A stretch of DNA of 64,000 nucleotides from Macrostomum hystrix (lineage: Eukaryota; Animalia; Platyhelminthes). Both the position numbers and the translations under genes were made by a program. A model generated the notes under the pieces. That model did no database searches and was not told where the DNA came from. It worked only from the letters and a program-made list of their open reading frames with translations. Each line of letters begins with the position of its first letter. The first letter of the stretch is position 1. Location of the stretch: assembly GCA_950097015.1 (NCBI GenBank), contig CATNEN010000001.1:26288001-26352000 (forward strand). The letters run 5' to 3'. Shown piece after piece: positions 48,101-61,614 of this stretch.

Positions 48101-51100
48101 AGACCAGTGCTAGCAGGAAACTCGACCGCTGCTTCGACCAGCTCAAGAAACTGCAGGTGCGCTTGAGGAGTGCTCAGATTCACAGATCCTCATTGCTTCA
48201 CCCATTCACAGATCCTCATTGCTTCACCAATTCACAGATCCTCATTGCTTCACCCATTCACAGATCCTCATTGCTTCACCCATTCACAGATCCTCATTGC
48301 TTCACCCATTCACAGATCCTCATTGCATCAACCAATCACAGATCCTCATTGCTTCACCCATTCACAGATCCTCATTGCTTCACCCATTCACAGATCCTCA
48401 GACAGATTCACACATTCACAGATCCTCAGACAGATTCACCCATTCACAGATCCTCAGACAGATTCACCCATTCACAGATTCTCAGACAGATTCACCCATT
48501 CACAGATCCTCAGACAGATTCACCCATTCACAGATCCTCAGACAGATTCACCCATTCACAGATCCTCAGACAGATTCACCCATTCACAGATCCTCAGACA
48601 GATTCACCCATTCCGAGATCCTCAGACAGATTCACCCATTCACAGATCCTCATTGCTTCACACATTCACAGATCCTCATTGCTTCACCCATTCACAGATC
48701 CTCATTGCTTCAACCATCACAGATCCTCATTGCTTCACCCATTCACAGATCCTCATTGCTTCACACATTCACAGATCCTCATTGCTTCACCCATTCACAG
48801 ATCCTCATTGCTTCACACATTCACAGATCCTCATTGCTTCACACATTCACAGATCCTCATTGCTTCAACCATCACAGATCCTCATTGCTTCACACATTCA
48901 CAGATCCTCATTGCTTCACACATTCACAGATCCTCATTGCTTCACCCATTCACAGATCCTCATTGCTTCACCCATTCACAGATCCTCATTGCTTCACCCA
49001 TTCACAGATCCTCATTGCTTCAACCATTCACAGATCCTCATTGCTTCACACATTCACAGATCCTCATTGCTTCACCCATTCACAGATCCTCATTGCTTCA
49101 CCCATTCACAGATCCTCATTGCTTCACCCATTCACAGATCCTCATTGCTTCACCCATTCACAGATCCTCATTGCTTCACCCATTCACAGATCCTCATTGC
49201 TTCACCCATTCACAGATCCTCATTGCTTCACCCATTCACAGATCCTCATTGCTTCACCCATTCACAGATCCTCAATCAATTCACAGCCAATGCAAACTGT
49301 TTGCAGGGCCAGCTGATTGTGTCGGTGCCAAGTCTGCCCCTGAAGGTCGGCAGGATCAACGAGAAGCAGTACGTCCTGCTGTTGTCCTCTGAGTTGGAGA
49401 AACGAGAATGGGAGACGCTGCTGAGCGAGACCTTGCTGCAGAACTATCACGTGCTGAATGCTCCCAAACCGACTCCCATGACTGTGGCCGAGGCCACGGA
49501 CCTGCTAGCTGCTCACCGCTATGTGGCTCGCGGAGTGACGGACCTGGGCTATCACTATCTGAAGAAGTCACCCAGTCCAGCTGAGTCCGAGGACGACATG
49601 GACAGCGAGGGCCTCATCGGCACGCTCAAGGTACAATGGAGTGACTAGGGGGTACAATGGAGTGACTAGGGGGTACAATGGAGTGACTAGGGGGTACAAT
49701 GGAGTGACTAGGGGGTACAATGGAGTGACTAGGGGGTACAATGGAGTGACTAGGGGGTAAAATGGAGTGACTAGGGGGTAGAATGGAGTGACTAGGGGGT
49801 AGAATCGAGTGACTAGGGGGTAGAATCGAGTGACTAGGGGGTAGAATCGAGTGAATAGGGGGTTGAATGGAGTGAATAGAGAGTAGATTTGATTGACTGA
49901 GGGGTAGAATGGAGTGACTAAAGGGTACAATGGAGTGACTAGGGGGTACAATGGAGTGACTAGGGGGTACAATGGAGTGACTAAGGGGTACAATGGAGTG
50001 ACTAGGGGGTACAATGGAGTGACTAAGGGGTACAATGGAGTGACTAGGGGGTACAATGGAGTGACTAAGGGGTACAATGGAGTGACTAGGGGGTACAATG
50101 GAGTGACTAAGGGGTACAATGGAGTGACTAGGGGGTACAATGGAGTGACTAGGGGGTACAATGGAGTGACTAAGGGGTACAATGGAGTGACTAGGGGGTA
50201 CAATGGAGTGACTAGGGGGTACAATGGAGTGACTAGGGGGTAGAATGGAGTGACTAGGGGGTACAATGGAGTGACTAGGGGGTACAATGGAGTGACTAGG
50301 GGGTACAATGGAGTGACTAGGGGGTACAATGGAGTGACTAGGGGGTAGAATGGAGTGACTAGGGGGTAGAATCGAGTGACTAGGGGGTAGAATCGAGTGA
50401 CTAGGGGGTAGGAAAAGTTATATAAAATTGATTAATTCAGGTAAATAGCTTTGAGGATGGGTAAACTTGAATATTTAAGTCTATTAATTGTTAGACTTAT
50501 ATATATAAAGGAATTGAAAATTAATATAGTGTAAAATTAGGCTATCTGTAACAACTGAGCCATTCTGAAGTGTAGGCCTCACTAAGCAGTAGTCTATGGC
50601 CGAATCCTGACAGGTGGTGATCCACAAGATCGAAGGCCTGGTCCAAGCAGGCAGCTACGGAGTGGCCATCGAGCTGAACGACCTCAGCCACCACTTCTGC
50701 CGCATCCACGCCACCCAGTTCGTTGAGCACAGTCTTGAGCCAATCTTTGAGAAGGAATTTCAAATCCAACTCGATGGCACCGAGTCGTCAATCAGATTTG
50801 TTGTCACCCGCCTGGACGAAGCCAAGCGATCTATGAATGTGGGCCACCTGGACCTGCGGCTCTACAGCGCCAGCCTGAAGGACTACTATGCGAAATGCCA
50901 CTACCTGACTCAGGCTGACCGGAGCAGCGCCCTGCTGCTCACCCTCAGCTTGGACTTCGTGCCCAGCCTGTGCAGCCTGACCAGGGAGGCCCCGCCAGGT
51001 CGGCCGGTTGTGTTCGGAGCTCCGCTGGCCCAACTGGTTGAACAGACCGGATCCAGACCCAATGGGGTGCCGAAGGTTGTTGTGGCGCTGACCAAGGCTA

Positions 51101-52025
51101 TTGAGAAACACATTGAAGAGCTCGGCATCTATCGCATTTCTGGGTCCAGCCTCGATCTGCAGGTGGGTGTGGCTGATGGTCTGTTTCTGTTGCTATAGGG
51201 GGTCGGTGGCAGAGCAGTTAACGCGTTTGCCTCTCGCGCCAAGGTTCCTGAGTTCGATTCCGCGACGAGGCCACATTCATTTGGGGCGCAGCCGCGGAGC
51301 AAAGGCTTGGAGGCTTGTCGTGCAATTTACGCCCTTGAGGGCCAACCTCCAAGGCACAGTGAGAGTGTACAGTGCCTGACGATGAGAAAGTCAGGGCAGA
51401 TGTACACACCTGTGTGATCGTGTGCCTGTGTATGGTATCTGTGAGCGTGTGCTCATGAGTCAGCGTAATGCGCACTATTGCCTCCTCGCTGTCAGCAAAT
51501 GATGCGCCTGTACTCACATTGAGCCCTCCCGCCTCATCCCAGGAGGTCAAGGCCACCATTGACGCCTCGCCCGACATGGCCTACCGCGCTCTGGACGGCG
51601 TCGATGTACACCTGCTGACCGGACTGCTCAAATTGTTCCTCCGCGAATTGCCGGAGCCGCTCATGACTAGCCAGCTCTACCTGCCCCTCATGCAGGCCAT
51701 GGATCTGAAGGATGACCGGGAGAAGGATTCCCAATTCGCCCAGCTCATTGCCCAGCTGCCCGAGCCGAATCGCTGCACCCTGGCCTACCTGTTCGATCAC
51801 CTGCTGCGGGTTGACCAGCACTCGGCCATCAACAAGATGTCCCTGGCCAACATGGGCATCATCTTCGGCCCCACCCTCATCTGCCCTGCCACCTCCTCGC
51901 TGCCCGACGGTGTCAAAATCTCCGGCCTTCACACCATACGGCAGGGCGGCATTCTGGTGAGACTGCTCAACCTGCACAAACTGGGCCGCCTGCCTGCTCT
52001 GACAGACTGCTCAGCCAGGGCTTAG
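45120..52025 (+). CDS. BCR/ABR-like protein (N-terminal coiled coil, DH RhoGEF, PH, C2, RhoGAP); exons 45120-46004, 46568-46680, 46792-47029, 47590-48156, 49307-49630, 50614-51162, 51543-52025
   Basis: DH VLKEETFHLNILKVL; PH LRRLFLFNDALICARQK...LKWFIP; C2 GTLKVVIHKIEGL...EPIFEKEFQIQL; GAP VFGAPL, GIYRISG, LLKLFLRELPEPL, NKMSLANMGIIFGPTL. Consistent GT/AG phases. Confidence 0.88.
47080..47550. repeat. 33-bp intronic minisatellite (cctgtattgcattcgcaatgggaagatgagaag)
   Basis: Read directly. Confidence 0.95.
48178..49275. repeat. 26-bp intronic minisatellite (ttcacagatcctcattgcttcaccca) with a variant sub-array
   Basis: Read directly. Confidence 0.95.
49631..50410. repeat. 21-bp intronic minisatellite starting at the splice-donor GT (gtacaatggagtgactagggg)
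   Basis: CTCAAG|GTACAATGGAGTGACTAGGGG repeated. Confidence 0.95.
51198..51470 (+). mobile_element. tRNA-derived SINE-like element in the last intron of the BCR-like gene; 3' end uncertain
   Basis: A-box-like TGGCAGAGCAGTT and B-box GAGTTCGATTCC at tRNA spacing; acceptor stem does not close; unrelated body follows. Confidence 0.6.
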
Positions 52026-52074
52026 CAACTGCTCATGAGCATGATATTATGCGTTGCATTGCTTTGTCCCACTG

Positions 52075-54605
52075 CAGTGTGAGATTTGTTGTACTTTAGT
52101 GTGGGGTTTGTTATAGTTTAGTGGGGTTTGTTATACTTTAGTGTGTGATTTGTTATAGTTTAGTGTGTGATTTGTTATACTTTAGTGTGTGATTTGTTAT
52201 AGTTTAGTGGGGTTTGTTATACTTTAGTGTGTGATTTGTTATAGTTTAGTGTGTGATTTGTTATACTTTAGTGTGGGGTTTGTTGTACTTTAGTGTGTGA
52301 TTTGTTATACTTTAGTGTGTGATTTGTTATACTTTAGTGTGAGATTTGTTATACTTTAGTGTGTGATTTGTTATACTTTAGTGTGTGATTTGTTATACTT
52401 TAGTGTGTGATTTTTAATACTTTAGTGTGTGATTTGTTATACTTTTGTGTGGGGTTTGTTGTACTTTAGTGTGGGGTTTGTTGTACTTTAGTGTGTGATT
52501 TGTTATAGTTTAGTGTGTGATTTGTTATACTTTAGTTTGTGATTTGTTATACTTTAGTGTGTGATTTGTTATACTTTAGTGTGGGGTTTGTTGTACTTTA
52601 GTGTGTGATTTGTTATACTTTAGTGTGTGATTTGTTATACTTTAGTGTATGATTTGTTATACTTTAGTGTGTGATTTGTTGTACTTTAGTGTGTGATTTG
52701 TTATAGTTTAGTGTGTGATTTGTTATACTTTAGTGTGTGATTTGTTATACATTAGTGTGTAATTTGTTATAGTTCAGTGTGGGGTTTGTTATACTTTAGT
52801 GTGTGATTTGTTATAGTTTGGTGTGGGGTTTGTTGTACTTTAGTGTGTGATTTGTTATAGTTTAGTGTGTGATTTGTTATACTTTAGTGTGTGATTTGTT
52901 ATAGTTTAGTGTGTGATTTGTTATAGTTTAGTGTGTGATTTGTTATAGTTTAGTGTGTGATTTGTTATACTTTAGTGTGTGATTTGTTATACTTTAGTGT
53001 GTGATTTGTTATAGTTCAGTGTGGGGTTTGTTATACTTTAGTGTGTGATTTGTTATACATTAGTGTGTGATTTGTTATACTTTAGTGTGTGATTTGTTAT
53101 ACTTTAGTGTGTGATTTGTTATACTTTAGTGTGTGATTTGTTGTACTTTAGTGTGTGATTTGTTATAGTTTAGTGTGTGATTTGTTATACTTTAGTGTGT
53201 GATTTGTTATACATTAGTGTGTAATTTGTTATAGTTCAGTGTGGGGTTTGTTATACTTTAGTGTGTGATTTGTTATAGTTTGGTGTGGGGTTTGTTGTAC
53301 TTTAGTGTGTGATTTGTTATAGTTTAGTGTGTGATTTGTTATACTTTAGTGTGTGATTTGTTATACTTTAGTGTGTGATTTGTTATAGTTTAGTGTGTGA
53401 TTTCTTATACTTTAGTGTGTGATTTGTTATACTTTAGTGTGTGATTAGTTATACTTTAGTGTGTGATTTGTTATAGTTCAGTGTGGGGTTTGTTATACTT
53501 TAGTGTGTGATTTGTTATACATTAGTGTGTGATTTGTTATACTTTAGTGTGTGATTTGTTATAGTTCAGTGTGTGATTTGTTATACTTTAGTGTGTGATT
53601 TGTTATACTTTAGTGTGTGATTTGTTATACATTAGTGTGTGATTTGTTATACATTAGTGTGTGATTTGTTATAGTTCAGTGTGTGATTTGTTATACATTA
53701 GTGTGTGATTTGTTATACATTAGTGTGTGATTTGTTATAGTTTAGTGTGGGGTTTGTTATACATTAGTGTGTGATTTGTTATACATTAGTGTGTGATTTG
53801 TTATACTTTAGTGTGTGATTTGTTATAGTTTAGTGTGGGGTTTGTTATACTTTAGTGTGTGATTTGTTATAGTTCAGTGTGTGATTTGTTATACTTTAGT
53901 GTGTGATTTGTTATACTTTAGTGTGTGATTTGTTATACTTTAGTGTGTGATTTGTTATACATTAGTGTGTGATTTGTTATACTTTAGTGTGTGATTTTTT
54001 ATAGTTCAGTGTGTGATTTGTTATACATTAGTGTGTGATTTGTTATACATTAGTGTGTGATTTGTTATAGTTTAGTGTGGGGTTTGTTATACTTTAGTGT
54101 GTGATTTGTTATACTTTAGTGTGTGATTTGTTATAGTTTAGTGTGTGATTTGTTATACTTTAGTGTGTGATTTGTTATACTTTAGTGTGTGATTTGTTAT
54201 AGTTCAGTGTGTGATTTGTTATACTTTAGTGTGTGATTTGTTATACTTTAGTGTGTGATTTGTTATAGTTTAGTGTGGGGTTTGTTATACTTTAGTGTGT
54301 GATTTGTTATAGTTTAGTGTGGGGTTTGTTATACTTTAGTGTGGGGTTTGTTATACTTTAGTGTGTGATTTGTTATACTTTAGTGTGTGATTTGTTATAC
54401 TTTAGTGTGTGATTTGTTATACTTTAGTGTGTGATTTGTTATAGTTTAGTGTGTGATTTGTTATAGTTTAGTGTGTGATTTGTTATACTTTAGTGTGTGA
54501 TTTGTTATACTTTAGTGTGTGATTTGTTATACTTTAGTGTGTGATTTGTTATAGTTTAGTGTGTGATTTGTTATAGTTCAGTGTGTGATTTGTTATACTT
54601 TAGTG
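52075..54605. repeat. 22-bp minisatellite (tttgttatactttagtgtgtga), about 115 copies
   Basis: Period 22 read directly; rare variant gtaatttg recurs 462 bp apart. Confidence 0.95.
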
Positions 54606-56051
54606 CGGGATTAGGCCTGCCTTTATGCGGTGTTTATCTTAACTTGTGTGTGGGAGTCATTGGGGCCAAAATGGTCTGCACTACTCCCAGTAGCAAAACC
54701 AATTACAATAGTCGCGTTATGAAACATTATCAATAAGCAATCAATGCAATATTGATTTGCTATCTAACTTTGTAAATAAATAGTTGGACTACCAGTTAGA
54801 AATATATGTCAGAACTTCAAATAAAAACTACTTTGCTCTATTCGTGACACTGAACTTATTATTAATGTGAATTGTTTGCCCATTCTACAGAAAATGACGT
54901 TCTTTTAAATGTAAGAAAACTTTTTCCCCCGTTTCCTATAATCTGTGGCACGCTACTCATTTGCCGGTGTGTGAGTAGTCAGTATGGCGAAATCCTGTCA
55001 TTCTTTTCCTAAATTATTTAGTTTTAAACCCCGTTTTATTGTATATTTCTGCAGGACATTCACGCGCTACAATCTGTGCGCATGTTTTTCTATTTTCTGC
55101 TCTTTTGTATTTTGATATTCCTTTACAAATACGAAATTCCAGTTACTGAGGTGCTTGCCAATTTGCGCGATAAGAGGAATTTATTTTAGATTTTACCATT
55201 TTAGCCTGCTACTGTTCCATTGTTATTCATTACCTTCATTGTTTGTCTTAGTTCTTGTAAATAACAGTACTTACTTTTGCACTTCTGTTTGAATAATACG
55301 TGCCTTCCTATGCTTAAAGTGAACTGTATATTATAATCGTTACTGCTGTTGTTGTACAATCATTACTATCTATTGCTGTAATGTAATTTTTAAGCAAGTT
55401 GCATTTCTGTCTTTAACTCTTAATCTGTCCCTAACTTATTTCTTATCAATTGTCTTCCGATTTCTATACATTTCTATACTTTTGTAGGCCGATATGTATA
55501 GAAAATCCGAAAGTCGATAATGTTCGATTTTCAAATTTTCAGGTTGCGCTTCTATTCGCACTACTTGAAGTAGCTCAAATTTCTGTTGGCTGTCGCAATA
55601 CGAATTACTCCTTATTTTCAAATTTCCTTTGCCTCGATGATTGAGCACAGTTAACATATTCCCATCTCACTGCTGATCAAAGCGAATAATTTTTACAGTG
55701 TGTAAAAATTTACATACTACACGGTTTTTTACTATGTACTCTATCTGTGCTTTATTGTTAAATTTTAATGACTATTAGCTAACTAGCTTGTCACTGGATT
55801 AAGATTTCTTTATTAATTTTAACTCTCATTAGCCAATCAATACTGTTTTCCAAATTTGTTATATCCCTGTGTCGCTTGTTTAGTCATTATTATATTTAAT
55901 ATTTCAAATAAAAATGCTTCATTTTACCCACTTATCATTATTTATTGAGAGTACGACAGAGAAAGCCAATGTCTCGCAATCACAAACTGAATCTTAATGT
56001 CGTTTAATTATTCCTGTATGTGCTGTAAAGACATATTTGCTGATAAACTTA

Positions 56052-56981
56052 TGTTAATCCGGCACTTTCTAAGAAATGTCAAGTCTCTCATCAGATCCAG
56101 TTGTGTTAATCTGGCAGTTTCTAAGAAATGCCAAGTCTCTCATCAGATCCAGTTGAGTTAATCTGGCAGTTTCTAAGAAATGCCAAGTCTCTCATCAGAT
56201 CCAGTTGAGTTAATCTGGCAGTTTCTAAGAAATGTCAAGTCTCTCATCAGATCCAGTTGTGTTAATCTGGCAGTTTCTAAGAAATGCCAAGTCTCTCATC
56301 AGATCCAGTTGTGTTTATCTGGCAGTTTCTAAGAAATGCCAAGTCTCTCATCAGATCCAGTTGAGTTAATCTGGCAGTTTCTAAGAAATGCCAAGTCTCT
56401 CATCAGATCCAGTTGAGTTAATCTGGCAGTTTCTAAGAAATGCCAAGTCTCTCATCAGATCCAGTTGAGTTAATCTGGCAGTTTCTAAGAAATGCCAAGT
56501 CTCTCATCAGATCCAGTTGAGTTAATCTGGCAGTTTCTAAGAAATGCCAAGTCTCTCATCAGATCCAGTTGAGTTAATCTGGCAGTTTCTAAGAAATGTC
56601 AAGTCTCTCATCAGATCCAGTTGAGTTAATCTGGCAGTTTCTAAGAAATGCCAAGTCTCTCATCAGATCCAGTTGAGTTAATCTGGCAGTTTCTAAGAAA
56701 TGTCAAGTCTCTCATCAGATCCAGTTGAGTTAATCTGGCAGTTTCTAAGAAATGCCAAGTCTCTCATCAGGTCCAGTTGAGTTAATCTGGCAGTTTCTAA
56801 GAAATGCCAAGTCTCTCATCAGATCCAGTTGAGTTAATCTGGCAGTTTCTAAGAAATGCCAAGTCTCTCATCAGATCCAGTTGAGTTAATCTGGCAGTTT
56901 CTAAGAAATGCCAAGTCTCTCATCAGATCCAGTTGAGTTAATCTGGCAGTTTCTAAGAAATGCCAAGTCTCTCATCAGATC
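56052..56981. repeat. 52-bp minisatellite (gttaatctggcagtttctaagaaatgccaagtctctcatcagatccagttga)
   Basis: Read directly. Confidence 0.95.
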
Positions 56982-57609
56982 AAACAAATTTACAGAAATT
57001 TTAGGAATTTAGGTTCGTGCAGACTTTGATAATGTTGATTAATTTGGAGTTTGAATAAGGCCTATTTTTTCCTGGAAATTTCCATTGTAAATCGATGTGG
57101 CTGTTTTTAATTGAATAGCTTATGATACTGGTTCAGGGATGAGTGACCCGATTGCTTTGCATTCTGACAATGAGAAGACCTGTGTAAATAAGTTTTATAT
57201 TCAGTCATATTTCCTGCTTGTGTGAGTGTTTTTGTATCCAGAACCCAAGGCTTGCTAAAACTTGCTAAAAACTGCTTCAGCCAATGGCAGTGCTTCCGTT
57301 GTCTCTCTGCCTCTCTCTGCTCTCAGCAGCAAATTGGCGACTCAGAAAATGCTTGCTTTTTTTATTGTTCTTCTGTGTGAGTGTGTGAGCGTGTTTCGTG
57401 TTATTGTTGTTTCTGTGATCACAACACAGAAACATGAGGGTTGCTTGCAACCGCTCCTTCTCTTGCTTTCTGGTTATCGGAAATGCATATAACACAGCAA
57501 AAGCATTCATAAAAAGCAACCACGCGACCAATCTAAATTCCGAGCCTTTCAACAAAGCAGGAGGAACAAGTCATCTCAGTTGAGAACCGCAGACCACACT
57601 AAAGCATTC

Positions 57610-60600
57610 ATGGATTCCTATCCGAGCTTTGAGAACTTGTTCAACATGGGTTTGAGTCAGGTGAGTGAGTCTGGCTGCTGTGCTTGTTGCTCTGATAAAT
57701 TGAAGTGCCAACCAATTTTAATAGGAATTTGGCATTGGTTGCCTGCAATGATCTTTACTTAGTATTTTAGTAAATAGGTAGATTCATGTCATTTTTCATG
57801 CATTTACATTAGCAAGATTGTCGTTGAGTGGCGTGTCTTGCCATGTAAGGTAGTCAGGAATGTTGATTTTAGGGTTATTAGGAGATATGAGTCATTAGGA
57901 GATGCATATTAGTCATTGGGAGGTGCGCAGGGTCATTGGGGGGTGCGCAGTGTCATTGGGAGGTGCGCAGGGTCATTGGGAGGTTCGCAGAGTCATTGGG
58001 AGGTGCGTAGGGTCATTGGTAGGTGCGTAGGGTCATTGGGAGGTTCGCAGGGTCATTGGGAGGTGCACAGGGTCATTGGGAGGTTCGCAGAGTCATTGGG
58101 AGGTTCGCAGAGTCATTGGGAGGTGCGTAGGGTCATTGGTAGGTGCGTAGGGTCATTAGGAGGTTCGCTGGGTCATTGGGAGGTGCGCAGGGTCATTGGG
58201 AGGTTCGCAGAGTCATTGGGAGGTGCGCAGGGTCATTGGGAGGTGCGCAGGGTCATTGGGAGGTTCGCAGGGTCATTGGGAGGTGCGCAGGGTCATTGGG
58301 AGGTGCGCAGGGTCATTGGGAGGTGCGCAGGGTCATTGGGAGGTGCGCAGGGTCATTGGGAGGTGCGCAGGGTCATTGGGAGGTGCGCAGGGTCATTGGG
58401 AGGTTCGCAGGGTCATTGGGAGGTGCGCAGGGTCATTGGGAGGTGCGCTGGGTCATTGGGAGGTTCGCAGGGTCATTGGGAGGTGCGCAGGGTCATTGGG
58501 AGGTGCGCAGGGTCATTGGGAGGTGCGCAGGGTCATTGGGAGGTTCGCAGGGTCATTGGGAGGTGCGCAGGGTCATTGGGAGGTGCGCAGGGTCATTGGG
58601 AGGTTCGCAGGGTCATTGGGAGGTGCGCAGGGTCATTGGGAGGTGCGCAGGGTTCTCGGTGTGAATAACTAATCTAAATGATATTGTGACTTCCTATGCA
58701 GTCATGATTCATCAGGGTGGCAAGCAAAACAAAGAATTAAATGGGTCACAAATTAATTGCTTAATCCAGTAGCAAGCCATTGCGCTGCCTTTCATAACAA
58801 CAGCCCGCCTCACTGCCGCCCACCCTGACTGCTGGGCAGCCAACCCCACTCCCTGTAAGTCAGCAACACCAAGCAGATGAGACAGATGGAGACACTGGAA
58901 TGGATGCAGCACACTACACGGCACATACTCCACAAACACTATTAGAGATGACAATGACACTGCCTCCTGCCCCACCCCACTCCACCGCAGATATGCGCAA
59001 GTCTGCGGAATTTCAGTCAGCTAAAAATGAAAAATGAGCTTTTCAGAGCCATTTAGCTGAATGAGCTCGCTGCGAGCAAAGTATGACAGTGCCTGGCGCC
59101 CCCAGCCCTCCCCTCTCCGTTAGAGCAGCCACGCCTCAATTTGCAGCAGCAGCAGCAGCAGCAGCAGCAGACGGGCGGGCAGACAAAAGCGCGGCAAGCT
59201 TTCAAGCCCGGACCTGACTCCAGCCCACCCCACTCCATCGTGTTGCTGTTGCTGTCTGCGAGCCGGTCAAGCCACCCGCCTCTTATCGGTCTGCAGGCAT
59301 CGGAGCTGGCGACTCCGAGCAGCATTTTCCTAGAAACCAAGGCCCAGCTGCTCAAGCCGGGGGAGACCCCCCGTCTGTAGGTCGCGCCTGTCGCCGCTGG
59401 ACCCGCCCGAGCCGCTCGCAGATCTTAATCAATCTAGAATAGCCGCTATAGTCTTGTCCGCCTGTTGTCCAAGTAGATTTCTTTTGTCTGCTGCTCTCAG
59501 AAGAAAATTGTCACTGTTTCCTTCGCTTGTTCGAGAGATTAGTTGTTGGGCTGAGCGAAATTTTTCAAGTATAATCAGCTTTTTCTCTTACTTGAGACTG
59601 CAGATAATGGCCAATGCCAAATGAGTCTGTGGCTCATCTGAGCTTGAGCAAGTCATTCAGTAGTGCAGACAGGTGGGGTCTGTGGTGCTGGTGCCAGACT
59701 AGCTGCTGCGATTGCTATCAATGATTGAGCTGCTGCTGCTGCTGTTGCTGCTCATAGTGTGAATTCCCATTTTGTTAGAGTAACATTCATCTTAACTTTA
59801 TCTAGTTTTCTGATAAACATTTTTTAAATCTCTTATCTGATTTAAAATCTAAAATAATTATGTTTATCTCTTGTTTTATGCTGGGTTTGTATAAAATTAG
59901 GAGCGAAGAAATGTTTGTTTTCATTTTTGTTGTTCGCCAAATGCCAACTCTGTGCTAGAATTGGGGGAGAGATGAGGGAGAGACTGGAGGAGATGAGGGA
60001 GAGACTGGGGTAGATGAGGGAGAGACTGGGGTAGATGAGGGAGAGGCTGGGGTAGATGAGGGAGAGACTGGAGGAGATGAGGGAGAGACTGGAGGAGATG
60101 AGGGAGAGACTGGGGTAGATGAGGGAGAGATTGGGGGAGATGAGGGAGAGACTGGGGGAGATGAGGGAGAGATTGGGGTAGATGAGGGAGAGATTGGGGG
60201 AGATGAGGGAGAGACTGGGGGAGATGAGGGAGAGATTGGGGGAGATGAGGGAGAGATGGCTAAATATGATGGCTATGAATTTTTCTCCCACAACTCGCAG
60301 ACTTGGCAGCAGATAATTCAGCAGCAGCTCCAGCTGCAGCTTCAGCAACGGCATCAGCAGCAGCAGCAGTTGGAACATGACCAGCAGCTGCCAGTGTATT
60401 CCTATCCAACACCAGAATGGATGCAGCAGCAGCAGCACGCAATTGTCAGTCGTTCGTCAACGTGGCATCCGCCCCAGCAGCAACAGCAGCCACCGTCCAA
60501 TATGTCGCCGATCGCAACTGTCGATGAGACTTTGTCGGTGGTCGACGATCCCGCAGCCGCAGCAGCGGCCGAGGCATCGTTGAAGTGGCGCCACCTGCCG

Positions 60601-61614
60601 GCGTCGCTGCGTCGACGGGCCGGCGCCCAGGCCGCCAGCGCCCTGCTGAAGGCCTGGATGAGGCAGCATGCCGACAACCCCTACCCGTCAAAGAATGAGA
60701 AATCAGCGCTGGCAGCTCTCACCAACATGAGCTTCGCTCAGGTGCGCGAGTGATCGAAGCTGTGAATGGTGTGATGGAAGCTGTGAATGGTGTGATGGAA
60801 GCTGTGAATGGTGTGATGGAAGCTGTGAATGGTGTGATGGAAGCTGTGAATGGTGTGATGGAAGCTGTGAATGGTGTGATGGAAGCTGTGAATGGTGTGA
60901 TGGAAGCTGTGAATGGTGTGATGGAAGCTGTGAATGGTGTGATGGAAGCCGTGAATGGTGTGATGGAAGCTGTGAATGGTGTGATGGAAGCTGTGAATGG
61001 TGTGATGGAAGCTGTGAATGGTGTGATGGAAGCTGTGAATGGTGTGATGGAAGCTGTGAATGGTGTGATGGAAGCTGTGAATGGTGTGATGGAAGCTGTG
61101 AATGGTGTGATGGAAGCTGTGAATGGTGTGATGGAAGCTGTGAATGGTGTGATGGAAGCTGTGAATGGTGTGATGGAAGCTGTGAATGAAGTCATGGCGT
61201 ATTGATTCTTTAAGCAGGACGTAATGAAATTAACTTTGATAGATGAAATCCCATCACCCTGAAACCGCCAATCGTGAACGCTGATCGCAGATTTCCACCT
61301 GGTTCGCCAACGCCCGTCGGCGGCTAAAGAAGGACATGAACTGCAGCAGCGCCAGCGGCAACAGAAGCTCCCGTGCGGGTGCATTTGTGAGCGTTGCGCA
61401 TCGCGCTACTGACGCGAGTAGTAAGCCGCGCATCTGGTCAATTGTGGAGACTGCGATGAAGGAGGAAAGTCAGTCGCCAGCTGATGCAGTTTCCACAGCT
61501 GTGGCGTCTGGATCAGCAGGGAGCGATGGATTTCAAGGTGAGAATTTTGACCTGATTTATTTTGGCACCTTGGTTCGATTCCCAGTTTCATTTTTAAATC
61601 GAACAGAAAGTTGA
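57610..61614 (+). CDS. irx: Iroquois-class TALE homeobox protein; exons 57610-57660, 60301-60741, 61291-61614 (a possible donor at 61537 would add a further exon)
   Basis: LKAWMRQHADNPYPSKNEKSALAALTNMSFAQ|ISTWFANARRRLKK plus IRO-box-like KPRIWSIVETA; phase-0 junctions. Confidence 0.85.
57890..58652. repeat. 20-bp intronic minisatellite (ggtcattgggaggtgcgcag)
   Basis: Read directly. Confidence 0.95.
59960..60257. repeat. 21-bp purine-rich intronic minisatellite (gagatgagggagagactgggg)
   Basis: Read directly. Confidence 0.95.
60750..61190. repeat. 21-bp intronic minisatellite (gtgatggaagctgtgaatggt) inside the homeobox intron
   Basis: Read directly. Confidence 0.95.

Noticed and set aside
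51376-51400. Hammerhead ribozyme core (CTGACGA...GAAA)
   Set aside because: There is no stem II or proper stem III/UH. CTGAC pairs with the downstream GTCAG as a plain hairpin.
59141-59380. PolyQ ORF in the irx intron
   Set aside because: A CAG microsatellite with a non-ATG start and no recognisable domain.
60256-60300. ATG at 60256 as the irx start
   Set aside because: It lies at the edge of the repeat just before a strong acceptor (ttttctcccacaactcgcag, 60300). A phase-matched upstream exon exists at 57610-57660.
1917-61384. Long repetitive ORFs (e.g. 3195-4007, 7690-8475, 39542-40474, 48219-49316, 49568-50329, 57916-58668, 60719-61384)
   Set aside because: They are translations of minisatellites, open in several frames and lying in introns or intergenic DNA.
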